Part shown: one piece after another, positions 50,204-51,077 of the stretch
Layout of the letters: each line of letters starts with the position of its first letter
How positions within the stretch are numbered: position 1 is the first letter of the stretch
Assembly: GCA_043809425.1 (NCBI GenBank)
Contig: JAZDDV010000014.1
Coordinates: 1-51,077, forward strand
Length of the DNA: 51,077 nt
Origin: Candidatus Micrarchaeota archaeon
GTDB lineage: Archaea; Micrarchaeota; Micrarchaeia; Anstonellales; Bilamarchaeaceae
Direction of reading: 5' to 3'
Notes under the pieces: generated by a model
Seen by the model: only the letters and a program-made list of their open reading frames with translations
Told to the model about the DNA's origin: nothing
The model's database searches: none
Made by a program: the position numbers and the translations under genes

Positions 50204-50788
50204 TTAAAGCAGCGCCCGTGCTGCAGCAGCGCGCCGACCGTGAACTTTGGCAAGCCTGGCATTGTGCAGCTTGTTGCGCCTTTGCTTGTTCATGGTCTTG
50301 CTGTGTGACGGTCTGCCCTTTTGGCCAGCAGACGTTAAACCGCGGAATGCCCTGCCGCGCCTCTTAAGCGAGCTAAGCTCAAGCTTGGTCGGGTCTGCGA
50401 GAATCACTTCGTAATAAGTGTTGTTGCCATCGTCTCCCGCCCAGTAGCTGTTAAGCACTTCCAGGTTCGGGTAGTTGTGATTAACGCGCTGCTCTGCGAT
50501 GCGCTGGTAGGACAGGCCCGGAGGAGTGAATCTGTAATTAGATTTTGCCTTTCTCCCGCCCATGGGCTTCGGCCTTTTGCGGCTGCCGCGCTTAACCCGC
50601 GAACGAACTACGACGTAGCCTATCTTTGCCTTGTAGCCGAGCGTTCTTGCGCGGGTAATGTTCGTTGGCCTTTCTACGCGTTCCACCGGCGGGCTTTTTC
50701 TCCACACGGTTATTCTGCTCCTGTAAACAGGACTCCTTTCTGCATATTCCTTCTGCAGAGTTTCAGCAATGTATTTGTATGCTCCCAT
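50204..50788 (-). CDS. rpl15e: 50S ribosomal protein L15e
   Basis: MGAYKY, RARTLGYKAK, NLEVLNSYW and GRAFRGLTSAG motifs. Confidence 0.96.
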   Translation of the reverse strand: MGAYKYIAETLQKEYAERSPVYRSRITVWRKSPPVERVERPTNITRARTLGYKAKIGYVVVRSRVKRGSRKRPKPMGGRKAKSNYRFTPPGLSYQRIAEQRVNHNYPNLEVLNSYWAGDDGNNTYYEVILADPTKLELSSLKRRGRAFRGLTSAGQKGRPSHSKTMNKQRRNKLHNARLAKVHGRRAAAARALL

Positions 50789-51077
50789 AATGACACCTGA
50801 CTGTATAAAAGTCGTATTAGTAGTTCTATCGCTTATGTTTTTAAATCTTTTTGAGTTCGTGGCCCAGGCGCCGGCCGATAAGCAGTTGCCCTCTTATTGC
50901 CAAAATAGACTTGAAACACGCCTCCTGTAGCATCAGATCAAAAGTCTGAGGAGCAGAGCTTCAAAAGGCTGACGAGAAGGTCGCATAGCCGTTTGCTACA
51001 AACAGCTCCCAACGCAATGTTTAAATATATTACTCTAGAGTAATATACTCGGTGGTAATATGGTATTTGTTGACCGG

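Noticed and set aside
50816-50825. ATTAGTAGTT half-site of the fic palindrome upstream of rpl15e
   Set aside because: Only one 10-nt AT-rich arm; plausible by chance.
50926-51000. tRNA gene
   Set aside because: Right length and a 7-bp closing stem, but no T-loop TTCRA or D-loop GG in canonical positions.

Overview
Archaeal chromosomal segment. Gene style, GGTGA ribosome-binding sites, a stand-alone 23S rRNA and many orphan genes suggest a DPANN/Micrarchaeota-like lineage (inference). Left part (1-11 kb) is accessory: partial Dus, HEAT/coiled-coil orphans, a DEAD-box helicase, two AbiE-like regulator/nucleotidyltransferase pairs with palindromic operators, a Cys-rich transglutaminase-like lipoprotein, a JAB-like protein and a Fic protein. 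A solitary 23S rRNA gene (minus strand, ~11.03-13.92 kb) follows, then orphans, cyclophilin, GNAT, ppsA, a small Zn-ribbon protein, AlkD, DUF2207, DUF373, intein-containing LonB, TldD/PmbA, ThpR, a HAD hydrolase and a complete A-type ATP synthase operon (H-I-K-E-C-F-A-B-D). The right end holds five tandem paralogous secreted six-repeat proteins and rpl15e. Most notable: (1) three segments bracketed by direct repeats of host sequence (23S 3' end around fic, thpR 3' end around the HAD gene, a 36-bp promoter repeat), with no integrase or transposase in the window; (2) a surface-protein array with a conserved scaffold, hypervariable loops and reshuffled 5'/3' ends. All calls come from reading the sequence; no database searches were run.
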